From assembly GCA_024277795.1 (NCBI GenBank), contig JAJRUL010000180.1, positions 1 through 48,146 of the forward strand: a stretch of DNA of 48,146 nt, read 5' to 3'. The position numbers and the translations under genes were made by a program. Positions 47,271 through 48,146 of the stretch are shown here, in pieces. The notes beneath the pieces were generated by a model. That model saw nothing but the letters and a program-made list of their open reading frames with translations. It was not told where the DNA came from and did not search any database. Source of the DNA: Candidatus Zixiibacteriota bacterium (GTDB lineage Bacteria; Zixibacteria; MSB-5A5; GN15; FEB-12). How positions within the stretch are numbered: position 1 is the first letter of the stretch; each line of letters opens with the position of its first letter.

Positions 47271-48146
47271 CTATTGTGTGCATGCTCTATGTATGCTACA
47301 AGTAAAGGTATATGAAGATACACTTGAGACTTCTCCAGAAGTAGATTGATCATTTCTTCCTTCTTCAGAAGAAGCCTGAATCTGTATACTGTAAGAATTA
47401 CCTGGGTATAGTATTAGTGAGTCCGAAAACGTTATTGTATTTGTCGAAGCATCCAACGTATAGTTTATTTCAGTTGTATTTATAGAAAAGAAAGTCTCTG
47501 AGTTAAGACCACCATCCGAATTGTTCGCATTTAGCCTTCCTTCAAAAACCAGCACATAATTTCCTGAATCTACATAAATATTCATATATGTTCCGGTTTC
47601 ACTTCTTGCATTGGCAGTTGTATTTTGGAGAGATGCAGTTGAATCAGCGGGAATAGCCCAGCTAGCAGATGCCACACAATTTCCTGTAGATGAGAAACCT
47701 TGAAAATAATCCGGATTATCTGACTGAGAGATTACTGACAAGCGTGCTTCACTCATTATACTTGCAGTCCCTCTACTGTTTTGTGCCCCTGAATATTTAC
47801 CAGGTGCAGTTGAAAAATCACTTGCACATTCATTGTTAACATTCAGAAAATTAAATTCATCATGTGCCACTATTCCATCAGTAGCCATTATAACGAAAGA
47901 GCCTTCTGCTTGTGCCCAAGACCCTTTGTCACCTTGCTCAGATATGCATCTAACCCCCCATCCCGATCCAAGTGTATCAGGCTCCAAATATGCAACCACG
48001 ACTGTATCAGCTTGTGAATTGTATTCTCCGTAGGCAAAGATATGAACAGTCACCGAATCGGCAGTAGAATCCATCGTGATAATACTACTGAAATGCCCCT
48101 GTGCATCAGTTACACCACTCGTCACATCAGCTGAACCATCAGTTAC
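47271..48146 (-). CDS. secreted/surface protein, 5' end outside window
   Basis: The minus-strand frame stays open to the window edge (VTDGSADVTSGVTDAQG...), so the GTG at 48125 is not necessarily the start. S/T/N-rich and beta-rich-looking. No family recognised. Confidence 0.55.
   Translation of the reverse strand, partial: VTDGSADVTSGVTDAQGHFSSIITMDSTADSVTVHIFAYGEYNSQADTVVVAYLEPDTLGSGWGVRCISEQGDKGSWAQAEGSFVIMATDGIVAHDEFNFLNVNNECASDFSTAPGKYSGAQNSRGTASIMSEARLSVISQSDNPDYFQGFSSTGNCVASASWAIPADSTASLQNTTANARSETGTYMNIYVDSGNYVLVFEGRLNANNSDGGLNSETFFSINTTEINYTLDASTNTITFSDSLILYPGNSYSIQIQASSEEGRNDQSTSGEVSSVSSYTFTCSIHRACTQ

Overview
A low-GC (about 40% by eye) bacterial chromosomal segment. A T9SS-type C-terminal sorting domain on a large secreted protease suggests an FCB-superphylum-like, probably uncultured, organism. 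nt 1-17500 is mostly housekeeping and envelope functions: a DUF2089/SHOCT-like pair divergent from a CIRCE-controlled groES-groEL operon, a ytfI/ytfJ-like pair, DUF885, rlmD, a CDF exporter, DedA/YqaA, a CNNM/CorC protein, htpX, a DAACS symporter, rarA and a REC-XRE response regulator. nt 17500-20150 is an AT-rich, largely non-coding stretch. It holds a GC-rich IS256-family element that truncates a small zinc-ribbon ORF. nt 20146-36300 carries a U32-family Fe-S enzyme, a 1076-aa protein with three Ig-like repeats and 13 CxxCH haem motifs, and a Thermus-style respiratory nitrate reductase cluster. That cluster reads Rrf2 regulator, narC-like dihaem cytochrome, narGHJI and two narK genes, one of them fused to a DoxX domain. 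After that come a 1323-aa multi-PAS hybrid histidine kinase, a DEAD-box helicase and a run of secreted proteins. The most unusual observations are: (1) a 153-codon ORF with no start codon lying exactly in frame behind the TAA stop of the symporter gene; (2) the repeat-plus-multihaem cytochrome; (3) the NarK-DoxX fusion. No rRNA, tRNA or CRISPR array was seen.
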